39,597 nt of DNA from Octopus bimaculoides (taxonomy: Eukaryota): assembly GCF_001194135.2 (NCBI RefSeq), contig NC_069001.1, positions 33,752,444-33,792,040 of the forward strand, given 5' to 3'. The position numbers and the translations under genes were made by a program. This document shows positions 1 through 11,552 of this stretch, piece after piece (the first letter of the stretch is position 1; each line of letters starts with the position of its first letter). The notes below the pieces were generated by a model that saw only the letters and a program-made list of their open reading frames with translations, did not search any database and was not told where the DNA came from.

Positions 1-54
1 ATGAAGAAAGAATTATTTTAATTCAAGAACAGTTGTTAAACAAATGCGTGCACA

Positions 55-147
55 ACACTCACACACACACACACACGCACACTCACATACACGCACGCAC
101 GCATGCACGCACGCACGCATGCACGCACGCACGTATGCACGCGCACA

Positions 148-191
<44 letters not shown>

Positions 192-192
192 T
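55..192. repeat. (CA)n/(GCAC)n compound microsatellite
   Basis: Direct reading: cacacac followed by gcacgcacgcac arrays. Confidence 0.95.
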
Positions 193-318
193 ACAAACAC
201 ACTCCCATTCACACATGCACACGTTTAGTGTAGACTGTCGGAATAAGATGTACTCAATAATATAGTAGGCAATACTATTTTTACTATGGTGGGATCAGTT
301 TCGCATATTATCTATTTG

Positions 319-535
319 GGCGCAGACGTGGCTGTATAGGAACAGGCGTGGCTGTATAGGCGCAAGAGTAGCTGTGTGGTAAGAGGTTTGCTTCCCAACT
401 ACATTGTTCCGGGTTCAGTTCCACTGTGTGGCACCTTAGGCAAATGTCTTCTACTATAGCCTTGGGCCGACCAAAATCCTTGTTGGTGGATTTGGTAGAC
501 GGAAACTGAAAGAATCCCATCGTATGTATATATAC

Positions 536-580
<45 letters not shown>
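319..580 (+). mobile_element. tRNA-derived SINE, family A (CORE-like body, internal TA/TG microsatellite), with triplicated 5' end
   Basis: A-box-like gtagctgtgtggtaag and B-box-like gggttcagttcc, then ccttaggcaaatgtctt (CORE-like), gacggaaactgaaagaatccc and (TA)/(TG)n. Alignable to 16034-16385, 2155-2415 and 22200-22408. Confidence 0.85.
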
Positions 581-588
<8 letters not shown>

Positions 589-1177
589 TGAAAAGGTTGA
601 ATTATATTTCATCCTTTTACTTTGGAGGGTTCCAAAAAAAGCGATTTCTAATAAAGACTTTTCATATTTTGCTGGTAGCTTACTGGCGTTAGTTTGCGAA
701 TATGAAAATAATATTTATATATGGTGTGTTATCAGAATTTATCGAAAGGTATCCCATAGAACTCAACAAATTTGCTTAAAATGGAGAAGAGAAGATGTTA
801 AAATTTGAAAGAATTTCAACACATGCATACGATCGTTTNNNNNNNNNNNNNNNNNNNNNNNNNNNNNNNNNNNNNNNNNNNNNNNNNNNNNNNNNNNNNN
901 NNNNNNNNNNNNNNNNNNNNNNNNNNNNNNNNNNNNNNNNNNNNNNNNNNNNNNNNNNNNNNNNNNNNNNNNNNNNNNNNNNNNNNNNNNNNNNNNNNNN
1001 NNNNNNNNNNNNNNNNNNNNNNNNNNNNNNNNNNNNNNNNNNNNNNNNNNNNNNNNNNNNNNNNNNNNNNNNNNNNNNNNNNNNNNNNNNNNNNNNNNNN
1101 NNNNNNNNNNNNNNNNNNNNNNNNNNNNNNNNNNNNNNNNNNNNNNNNNNNNNNNNNNNNNNNNNNNNNNNNNNNTA

Positions 1178-1747
1178 TAATAGGACATCTACTCGCTAGA
1201 AATAGCAGCAAAAGACTACATACCACAAAAATTAGGGATAATTTCGAAAGGAAATGAAAAATAAAAACTTTTACCAATCTATATTCTGTACCATGGTTTC
1301 AAGTCAATTTTAGTAAGATAAAGATTATATCTTACAAGGTCGGACTATCGTCAGCAGAAATGACCAGACAACATATGAAGCACGAGTCAATACGCAGCAT
1401 GGTTCGTGTTCCTATGTCTAATTTTTCAAAATATACCGCGTATTTGCGGTTTACCTAATCGGCAGCAAATACAAAAATGCAAAAATGCCGAAATTCCTTC
1501 AGAAAATCATCCAAAAAGAATTTTATCATTATTAATAAATTATAGGGTAGCAAAAATATTTTTAGAAATTTTATTTACCACCAGTGGTCTAGCGATAGTC
1601 CGACCTTGTAAGATATAATCTTTATCTTACTAAAATTGACTTGAAACCATGGTACAGAATATAGATTGGTAAAAGTTTATTTTCCTTTCGAAATTTTTGT
1701 GGTATGTAGTCTTTTGCTGCTATTTCTAGCGAGTAGATGTCCTATTA
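1178..1747. mobile_element. Fold-back / long-TIR element (arms 1178-1350 and 1593-1747)
   Basis: The right arm is the reverse complement of the left (taataggacatctactcgctag...ggtcggactatcg), apart from two short insertions in the left arm. Followed by (TA)n(TG)n and preceded by an N-gap. Confidence 0.75.
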
Positions 1748-1752
1748 AATGA

Positions 1753-1811
<59 letters not shown>

Positions 1812-1814
1812 AAT

Positions 1815-1845
<31 letters not shown>

Positions 1846-2011
1846 TACACACACACACACAACATGTATGTATATTACATTGAAAAAGTATCACGGATAA
1901 CGGAAAATACTAAAGGAATAACGGACAAGTATATGCTGTTCATAGTAATTAATTTTACGCTATAAGAAAGGCATGATTGTGAATTTGACGTTTCGGACCA
2001 TTGCCCCGCAG

Positions 2012-2056
<45 letters not shown>

Positions 2057-2154
2057 AAGATTTGACTGATGTCTCAGAAGATGGAGAAAGGCAAGAATGT
2101 AAGTGAATCTACTAAATTTTAGTCGAACGAATCAATCCTAGTACTTATTTTTTT

Positions 2155-2266
2155 AAAACCTGGTACTTATTTGATCTTTTTCTTTTGCTGAACTGCTAAG
2201 TTAAGGGGGATGTAAGCACACCATCACCGGTTCTCAGGCTGTGCTGAGGGTCAAACACAGACACAA

Positions 2267-2310
<44 letters not shown>

Positions 2311-2415
2311 ACACACACCATATATATACGACGGGCTTCACTCAGTTTCCGTCAACCCAATCCACTCACAAGGCTTTGGTAGGCCCGAGACTATAGTAGA
2401 AGACGCTTGCTCATG
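2155..2415 (-). mobile_element. SINE family A copy with internal (CA)n
   Basis: Reverse complement of the family A body: gacgggcttc...tttccgtc...ccactcacaaggctttggtaggcccgag...tagtagaagac, plus the tail segment cctggtacttat. Confidence 0.8.
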
Positions 2416-2519
2416 CGCACGTGTGTGTAAACCTGTATTAAATAACATAGGATCGGAATTTAATACTAACAGTTTAGTAGTTAAGACTAAAACCCAGATA
2501 TGCAAAATAAAGCACCCAC

Positions 2520-2600
2520 CTTTGAGAAGAAAAATACAAGCTTTTGTTTTGTTGTGGACGATGTGAACGTTTGATCAACCAGTGGACTATCGTGAATCAA
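2520..2600 (-). other. Putative non-coding first exon of a second (paralogous) CAP gene extending left out of the window
   Basis: Alignable to 39133-39215 (gacgatgtg..cgtttgatcaa....gactatcgtg). Same minus-strand donor AG|GTGGGTG at 2519-2518, conserved proximal intron (aatttaatac.aaca...aaaacccaga.atgcaaaa), no ATG. The upstream boundary is approximate. Confidence 0.5.
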
Positions 2601-2901
2601 TTTACGTAAGTTCGTTTTGTTATTATCTCTTACAAGTGAAGCTGCTCTCTAGAAATATTTCAGATTTAATCCTCAGAATGTTTCGTCTACTTAAAACACG
2701 CACTGAAATACAAGTTTCTGACTGAGTGTGGCGAACTTGCGCGTCTCTTTCACTATATAGGCCATAATTTTAATATTTCCACCTCTCCACCCCTTGCTTT
2801 TACGCTGTTGCCCATTTAAAAAAAAGAGTAATCTAACATCTGTTATGAACAAAGGACAACACGTGGCAACAATACACAAGATCGGATCCGTGTCGAGTGG
2901 C

Positions 2902-2934
<33 letters not shown>

Positions 2935-3985
2935 GCTTATAGACATGAAATCATTGCAATGAATTTAATACATTCTATTTAAACATACATTAACGTACAC
3001 TCCCATGTACAGACTCACGTGCATACGCACACTTACATACAAGTATGTGTGTGTGTGTGTGTGAGAGAGAGAGAGTGTGTGTATGTATGTGTGTGTGTGT
3101 ATATGCATGTGCATGTATGTGTGTGTAGGTATGTTATTCTTCTCGGTCGGAATTTTACTGTTTGCTTTAAGTTACAAGCTGTCACTTTTTTCATCGTTCT
3201 TTGCGCAATCACATACATACATACATACATACATACATTATATTACATACATACATACATACCTGCATACATACAAACATAAGTACATGCGTGTGCGTAT
3301 GTATAAGGACTGGAGGATACTTATGTTTACAAATCGAGAAAAACGTATTCCTTGCACGAAATAAAATTCTATATAATTTTTAGAAGTTAAAACTGCTCGA
3401 ATTGTTTACTCAGTTTTCAACAATTACCAAAGACAAGAAGGGAACCATACCATGTATCTGCCGATTACTGCACCGTCGTGCTAACCATTACACCAAGGAG
3501 TCTCCAACAATTTTCAGCCGTCAAAATTAGAAGCTTCAACAGCACAGCCGAGAAAGCGAGTTAATTTGATTTGGCTGGTTTGGGACGTCAGGAAATTCTC
3601 AAATGCAAACGAAACTATAAACTGTAGCTCATAATTCATCAGTTATATAACCGCTTAGCCTCGGTTGACCTGGGCGTGCAGCGGATTGTATTAGACGATG
3701 TACATACAAAAACTAGTGGCCTTACATATCTCAGCCAATGAAATGGTTTTGATTAAGTTTCAATGATCTAAAGAATTATAGATTACGAAACATATTGGGG
3801 GGACTGATTCATTTCATGATTATCTTTTATTCGGAGCGTACAGCAAGATGTATTAGAGGATACGCTCTATAACAAACAATCAGTGGCCTTACAGATTCCA
3901 GTTCATCTTCATCGATGATTCAATAGTTAATAAATGAAGGTGGTGAGGTGGCAGAAAAGTTAGCACACTGGGCGAAATGCTCAGC

Positions 3986-4016
<31 letters not shown>

Positions 4017-4351
4017 NNNNNNNNNNNNNNNNNNNNNNNNNNNNNNNNNNNNNNNNNNNNNNNNNNNNNNNNNNNNNNNNNNNNNNNNNNNNNNNNNNNN
4101 NNNNNNNNNNNNNNNNNNNNNNNNNNNNNNNNNNNNNNNNNNNNNNNNNNNNNNNNNNNNNNNNNNNNNNNNNNNNNNNNNNNNNNNNNNNNNNNNNNNN
4201 NNNNNNNNNNNNNNNNNNNNNNNNNNNNNNNNNNNNNNNNNNNNNNNNNNNNNNNNNNNNNNNNNNNNNNNNNNNNNNNNNNNNNNNNNNNNNNNNNNNN
4301 NNNNNNNNNNNNNNNNNNNNNNNNNNNNNNNNNNNNNNNNNNNNNNNNNNN

Positions 4352-4385
<34 letters not shown>

Positions 4386-5238
4386 TGTATATAAATGTAT
4401 GTATATGTGCTTGTGTGTGTGTGTGCGCGCGCGTGTGTGTGTGTAAATACAAAAATGACACAATAATCGCTTCGACCTGATAATAGCCTACAGGCGGAAA
4501 CGTTTGTTGTAGCAATTCGCAAATAAAAATGTATAAAACTATACCGACTGATACAGTGTACAGATTAGATTATTTAATAAGGCTCTCAGCAGACTTTCAG
4601 CTATCATTCACACACACACACACACACAATGAGGCGCTTTCACACACATATACACATGCATGCACACACATATACACACAACATACACGCGTGCACACAC
4701 GTTTAGACACACATTCACCCCCCACACACACACATACACTACAGTGAAAACTGGTATATTGAAATTGATATAGAAGCAATATTAAAGTTTAGTCACGAAG
4801 GAATTCATGAAATTAAATGAGAGATATCTAAAGTGGAGTTAATCATGTTTGCTGCTTTAATAATGTAGATTGTCCCCCAAATAGGACAGAATGAAAATTA
4901 TACAATACGACGTATTGTATAATTAATTAAATAATTATATAACTGCAGCCCATCTGAGGAATGTGCCCCGAAGTGGCATGGATGCTGCAACGAGTGTCGT
5001 GGCAACGTCATCGCGGTCAAGTCCGCAGGGCCTGGTTGAATACGCCATTTGTTTTAGGGTGTACTCTCTCCTACCTCCCATCTTCTCCAGCTTAATGAAC
5101 TCCACTTTATTATTATTATTTTTTTCTTTTTTTGCTTTTCTTTGTTTCTTTGTAATTAAATTGTGATTCGATTTTTATGTTAATAAAATTAATTTTGTTT
5201 ATGATAGAAATTAAACTTAATTGATCAAAAGGTTCAAC

Positions 5239-5584
5239 CAGCAGTTCTCAACCATTTTTTTTTACCAATGGACTCCTTTGATTACTCTTTTATTCTGGTA
5301 GACCTCCATAGCCATTCGATGTTTAAAAACTAGTTTTGTAGATACTTCCTTCAAAATTCCAATTTTGCTGTTTCACACAATAATTTGTGTTAGCTCAGCT
5401 ATGTAAAAACGCTTGAGAAACAAAGCAAGCTGTTTCTTACAATAAATACATCCCAAGTAACATCTTTTTCGTGGACCTTGGATACACTACGACGGGTCCA
5501 ATTTACTATTTTGCTTGTGTGGATCCCAAAAACTCTTACACGCCCCCTCTCCAAGGTCATATGGATTCCGGTTAAGAACCACTG
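5239..5584. mobile_element. hAT (Charlie-type) MITE
   Basis: TIRs cagcagttctcaacc (5239-5253) and ggttaagaaccactg (5570-5584), 12/15 match. Imperfect 8-bp TSD ggttcaac / ggttagac. Confidence 0.7.
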
Positions 5585-5818
5585 GGTTAGACAAATGACA
5601 GGCCTTTCCGAAATTCAGCAAAAATGTATCAGAACCTTTCCGTAGGATTGCAAAGAGAAGAGGTGTCAGGTAGGGCTGTTCCCAGTCTGGGTTGACTGCA
5701 GAGGAATCTTTTGCGGTCAAAAATGGAGCCATTGGAGTAAGAGATGGAGAAAGCGAAAAGAAGTTGTGTACAGGATGGGAGAGGCAGCAGAAGAAAAGCC
5801 TCTTGGTGGTCATGAAGT

Positions 5819-6204
5819 GGTGGTGGCACTCCGTCGCTTACGACGTCGAGGGTTTCAGTTGATCCGATCAACGGAACAGCCTGCTCGTGAAACTAACGCG
5901 CAAGTGGTTGAGCACTCCACAGACACGTGTACCCTTAACGTAGTTCTCGAGGATATTCAGCGTGACACAGTGTGACAAGGCTGACCCTCTGAATTACAGG
6001 CACAACAGAAACAGAAAGTAAGAGTGAGAGAAAGTTGTGGTGGAAGAGTACAGCAGGGTTCGCCACCATCCCCTGCCGGAGCCTCGTGGAGCTTTTAGGT
6101 GTTTTCGCTCAATAAACACTCACAACGCCTGGTCTGGGAATCGAAACCGCGATCCTATGACCGCGAGTCCGCTGCCCTAACAACTGGGCCATTGCGCCTC
6201 CACA
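5819..6204 (-). mobile_element. Full-length tRNA-derived SINE, family C
   Basis: Minus-strand head gtggaggcgcaatggcccagttgttagggcagcggactcg...ggtttcgattccc (A and B boxes), 3' end ggagtgccaccacc. Perfect 10-bp TSD gtcatgaagt (5809-5818, 6205-6214). Near-identical copy at 33984-34358. Confidence 0.92.
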
Positions 6205-6429
6205 GTCATGAAGTAAGAGAGAAGAATTAAGCTGAAAGTCAAGAGGAGATGAGGAGCAGTGATAGGGCCATCTCTGCTGACTCACCAACGGAAGGATGTC
6301 ACAATTTAGAATTTTGAAATACCCGATGTCGCTGGATACGGCATCGCTTCCTCCAAGTCTAGATCACATTCGCCAAGATGAACGAAGGAGAAACATCTAC
6401 ATGTAGCCAATATCACTAATGTATACTTG

Positions 6430-6640
6430 AGGCGGCGAGCTGGCAGAGACGTTAGTAAGCTGGGCAAAATGCTTAGCAACATTTCGTCCGTCTTTACGTT
6501 CTGAGTTCAAATTCCACCAGGGTTGCTGTTCATCCTCTTGAGGGTCGATAAAATAAGTACCAGTTACGCACTGGAGTAGATGCAATTGACTTACCCTCTA
6601 CGCCAGAATTGCTGGCCTTGTGCTAAAATCCGAAATCAAC
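6430..6640 (+). mobile_element. tRNA-derived SINE, family B (Meta/MESC-like central domain)
   Basis: ggcggcgagctggcagagacgttag...ctgagttcaaattcc...catcctcttgagggtcgataaaataagtaccag...ggccttgtgc. About 20 alignable copies or fragments in the window. Confidence 0.85.
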
Positions 6641-6659
6641 GTCAGTAATATAGATTACG

Positions 6660-6800
6660 TAGTTCTCAGGGATATTCAGCGTGACACAATGTAACACGGT
6701 CGGCCCTTTGAAATACTCATTTTTGTTCACTGAGTGGAGTGGAGTAACGTGAGATAAAATGTCTTGCTCAAGGACCCAACCGCTACCGAGAATCGAACAA
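6660..6800 (-). mobile_element. SINE family C variant fragment with CORE-like centre
   Basis: Shares gtagttctc..ggatattcagcgtgacaca with 5819-6204, but the centre is cttgagcaagacattttatctcacgttactccactccactcag on the minus strand. Confidence 0.7.
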
Positions 6801-6860
6801 CCTAACCATCACTGATGTTTGTATNNNNNNNNNNNNNNNNNNNNNNNNNNNNNNNNNNNN

Positions 6861-6915
<55 letters not shown>

Positions 6916-8074
6916 GAGAGAGAGAGAGAGAGAGAGATAAATGTGTGTATGTATGCATGCATGAATGAATGTACGAACATTCTGTTATGAAAAGGGACCT
7001 CATTTAAGATGCGTGTGTGTCTTTGTGTGTGTATACAGGTGGAAATCCGTGAGTCGAGTTACACCCCACCTTAACGTCAAAAATTCAAAACTTAACCATT
7101 CGATAAATAAATATCGATGAAATATGAGCCAGACTGAAATAAGTTGTTGGGGAAGTCGATGTGAAGGTCAGATCGACAACAAAGAAAAACATCGCGCAAA
7201 CAAAGAGAAAAAAACACCATAAAGAAAAGAAGAAAAGTCCCTTAATGGCATTCGAACGGCTGACAACAGCAAAAGAATAACGGAATAATAGAGTAAAAGA
7301 ATAAACGAATGGTTATTACCTGATTCGTTGCTATGTTTTCTACTAGGTTGTATATAAGCACAAGAAGAGTCTGTCCCTCAGTTGGTTGGGGTAGACGTTA
7401 CGTGTACATTGCTCCAAGCAATGATATGAACTATTTAAACCATTAAATGGTTTTAAATGTTGTTCTGAGTTATTTCGTATCAATTTTTTACTCATTATAT
7501 ATCTCCACGAAAGCAACAATTTTAGTTACCTACTTTTTGGAGATAGCGATGTATATTTTGTGCGTGTGTCTGTGTGCGTGCGTGTATGTATGTGTGTGTG
7601 TGTGCGTGCGTGTGGTGTGTGAGTGTAACAGCGTTCCTATGTGTTGACATGTTTCTCTTCCTAATTTGGCAGAGTCGCTAGAGCGTCGGGTCGAATGCCT
7701 CGCGGTGTTTCGTTCTGACTCTTTGCTCTTTAAGTGTTCAAATCCTGCTGAGGTCATCTTTGCCTTCTATCCTTTCAGGCGTTCATTAAAAAAAAAAAAA
7801 AGAAAAAGTATGAATCCAGGCGATGGATTGACGAAACTCAGATCTTATACTTTGCGATATTTGGTTCGGCTCTAAGCATTCAATCCAGGTTACCAACTTA
7901 AGGAGATCTCCCTCTCTGCAAATGGTCAAGTGCACTACTTTTTTTCTCCACCTATATATCAATATACGTCTGTCTATATATCAATGTACGTCTGTCTGGC
8001 CGTCTGTCTGTCTGTCTGTCCGTCTGTCTGTCTGTCTGTATGTATGTATGTATGTATGTATGTATGCAAGTGTC

Positions 8075-8118
<44 letters not shown>

Positions 8119-8357
8119 CGCCTGCCTTGGAAAGAACCGGAAAAAAACTACGATGTATTTATGAATGAATGTGCGTGCACACCCACACATACAAACACAT
8201 ATATACACATGCACATACAGATCATGGGTACATACTCATACTTGCACTTGACCATGCATGCACAAAAATAAGTGTAAGAAGAGAATGAGAGAGTAAAAGT
8301 CAAGAAAGAGAGAGAGAGAGAAGCATAGATAGATAGATTGATAGACAGATAGAGAAA

Positions 8358-8403
<46 letters not shown>

Positions 8404-9074
8404 AAGAAGGATAGACAGAGAACGATAGTTTTAAAATGTCCGCAAATCACTCAGCAGCGTTCTTCTGCTTCTCTATTTAAACCAGTAAAAATATTCTCAT
8501 CCAGACGATAAGACAAGAGACATTTTAGAACGCCGATATTACACCGAAACTGGGAACATAATTACATTGCCAAAGACGCAGCAGCATTCATAAGGAAGCA
8601 ACAAAATAAGGAATAAAAATCATCATAAAAAAAAACAAACTGGAATTAAGATTTGATCATAAATTGCTGATTTGGGTTATGGAAAAATAATGTTCTCAAT
8701 ATATAACAAGTCGCATGAATGCAAGATACGAGTAGCCAATGTTCAGAGGCATTTTCTGTAGCTGGATATAAGGTACTCTGAAGCTTTCGTTAAAATATGT
8801 TTCTAGGAGATCAATACGTTGTACAGGGAACAGTGGAGAAGCCAGTGTGTGTGTGCTTTTGAGTAGAGGCCTTTGAGTTTGCGCCCCACCCCAAGCAGCT
8901 ATTACATGCTTATACTGTACAACTAGAAGTGCTGCCGCCATAAAATCGTCGCTCGGGATGATCTGCCCTTTCACCCCTTACCCCGTCTCCCAGTCACGAT
9001 CATGATGCTTCGACGTCCCCGAGTCTGCGACATTTACTGGTATAAAATATCTTCATATAATCTTATTCTAATAA

Positions 9075-9650
9075 TCCTTTCTACCATAGGTACAAGGCCG
9101 GAAATTTTGAGTGAAGGAGCAAGTCGATTACATCGACCCACTGCGCAACCGGTACTTATTTTATCGACCTCGAAAGGATGAAAGGTAAAGTCGACTACGG
9201 TGGAATTTGAATTCAGAACATAAAAACGGACGAAATGCCGCTAAACATTTTGTTCGGCATGCTAACGATTCTACCAGCTCACCGTCTTACTATTATTTCT
9301 AATAATCCTTTCTACTATAGGCACAAGGCCTGCATTTTGTGGGGAGGGGGACAGTCGATCATATCGACTCCAGTACTCAACTGGTACTTCATTTATCGAC
9401 CCCGACTATTACTTCTAATGATGAAGAACATCTAGGGCAACGAGCTGGCAGAATCGCTAGCACGCCGGGCAAAATGCTTAGCGGGTATTTCGTCTGTCGT
9501 TATGTCCTGAGTTCAAATTCCGCTGAGGTCGATTTTACCTTTCATTCTTTCGGAGTCGACAGAATAAGTACCAGTTGCACACTGGGGGGTCGATGTACTC
9601 GACTTACCTCCTCCCCCGAAATTGCAGGCCTTGTGCCAAAATTTGAAACC
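9075..9650. mobile_element. Cluster of three family B SINEs (- 9075-9285, - partial 9300-9405, + 9438-9650)
   Basis: Repeated ctttctac..taggcacaaggcc, ggtacttattttatcgacc and gagctggcagaatcgctagcacgccgggc motifs in both orientations. Confidence 0.85.
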
Positions 9651-9699
9651 AATAATGAAGACTATCTTCCTCTTTGATGAAGCCGTCGTCAACATTTTC

Positions 9700-10020
9700 A
9701 GGGGGAAAGTGAAAATGGAGAGGAAGGTGCTGCCACCCAACGGATTTGTGGAAAGTTGAGTAAGAGTTGCAAAAATGGTGAACGAACCTGCTCAAATCAT
9801 GCGCCAGTAGATTGGAGGAGAAAAGGGGAGAGAGGGCACTTGCCTTAGTGGTCAGAGAAAGCGTCATTTTGTGGGGGTTTCCATGAGTAGATGGCTGGAT
9901 GTGAATGGGAAAGATCTCCAGGCGCTCGACAAGCAGAAGAGCTGAGACGGGACCGCCAGCGATGGAGAGCACTAGTAGAACAGATCGGCTTCTCCGCATG
10001 ATGATATCTCTGGGACAACT
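9700..10020 (+). mobile_element. Degenerate RTE-type LINE ORF C-terminal fragment
   Basis: Frameshifted remnants MERKVL..RICG and RWLD..GKDLQAL...RDRQRWRALVE, typical of RTE ORF C-termini. Confidence 0.55.
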
Positions 10021-10281
10021 TAATTGGGGTGAACCCCAGCTCCATCAAGTAAGAGTATGGAGCAAAAAGCTGGACCATGAGTGACCTTCGGGGGTTTTAT
10101 TTTCGAAGAATCATTCCTTGTTTGAATTTTGAATTGTTTCTTTTCTTTTTTTTTTTGTTGTTTTATTTTACATGTTTTTGCGTAGCACCACACTAACTTC
10201 CTATACCGTCATACTTTAGTAGCAGTTAATAAAGAAAACATCGTCATCGTCGCCACCACTACTACCACCACCACCACCACC

Positions 10282-10312
<31 letters not shown>

Positions 10313-10805
10313 TCACCATCATCATCATGGACAACGTCACTTCATAATTTCAAGTATGTTCTGAACAAGATCAATCATGTGACCCTATTACTTGAGTATC
10401 AATCCAGTTTGGGTTATAAACAACCAAATAAGGTAGTCATATAAATTCACATATATCCGTCCCTTCACGCCACGTCTCTTTTTAGCCCCTTGGAGTGGGG
10501 AGAGAACTGACCGTTCTTTATTTATTTATTATTTTTTTTTTTGTTATCTAACAAAGCATCAGATTTCATTTGTCACTTCGTCCCAAACTGCCGATGATAG
10601 AAGCGAACTTCCTTTTATCAAAAGAGTAAATAAAATCTACTACAGAAAACGATTCACTTATATCATGGTGCAAGGTTGAGTACCTGATAATAATTACAAG
10701 AGGACCAATACAAGGTGTGTTATCAGTTCCGATGGCTATTTATATATTTTGGGTGACGCAGTGAGAAGAGTTACTCGAAATTGAATAAGATTAGGTGTGC
10801 AAAGG

Positions 10806-10922
<117 letters not shown>

Positions 10923-10924
10923 AA

Positions 10925-11028
10925 AAAAACCTGGTACTTATTCAATCGGTCTCTTTTGCAGAACCGCTGGGTTACGAGGACGTAAACACACCAACACCTG
11001 TTGTCAAGCGGTGGTGGGTACAAATACA

Positions 11029-11069
<41 letters not shown>

Positions 11070-11095
11070 ACAGATACACAGACACACACATATAT
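10925..11095 (-). mobile_element. SINE family A body and internal (CA)n; head missing
   Basis: cctggtacttattcaatcggtctcttttgcagaaccgct..gttacgaggacgtaaacac is the reverse complement of the 16250-16300 segment. Confidence 0.75.
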
Positions 11096-11099
11096 ATTT

Positions 11100-11552
11100 C
11101 ATTGCAACAGAAATGCTTCTGAACATTTGACTACATGATATCACTGTTGCCATCGTTCCTTTGTGCAGGGATACTGTTACTCTTATCATTTTATCTGGAA
11201 GACCAACTTTTGGCAAGATTTTCCAAGAGTGCCTCACCATTCGTTGGATCAAAGGTCTCTTGATCAAGTCGACAAACACTATGTACAGGTCATTATTTTG
11301 CTTATGTGCCTTTCCTTAAACTTACCGAAGGGCATAAATCATGTCAGCTGTGCCTTTCCCTGCCCGAAATCCACATGGAGATCCAGGGTATATGCTGTTG
11401 ACTACATACTTATTGATGCGGTTAAGGATCACCCTCGCAAGAATTTTTCCAGCTATGCACAACCTACTAATTCCTCTGTAATTATCAAATACACTCTTTC
11501 CCCCTTTGTTTCTGTAAGAGTACGTTATAGATGCATCTTTGAACTGTTGGGG
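11100..11552 (-). mobile_element. RTE-clade LINE reverse transcriptase, N-terminal part (inverted segment)
   Basis: Minus-strand translation PQQFKDASITYSYRNKG..DNYRGISRLCIAGKILARVILNRI...CGFRAGKGTADMIYALR...FVDL...KMIRVTVSLHKGTMATV, with stops and frameshifts. Confidence 0.9.

Noticed and set aside
13-4779. Many ORFs rich in HT/CV/YI repeats, and all X-filled ORFs across the window
   Set aside because: These are translations of (CA)n, (TG)n and (TA)n microsatellites or N-gaps, with no coding signal.
5487-5813. 108-aa minus-strand ORF with non-repetitive sequence
   Set aside because: It spans the hAT MITE end and a SINE TSD, shows no recognisable domain and has no supported exon structure.
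8696-8974. 92-aa minus-strand ORF
   Set aside because: I recognise no motif and found no partner exons; it could be a decayed TE but cannot be supported.
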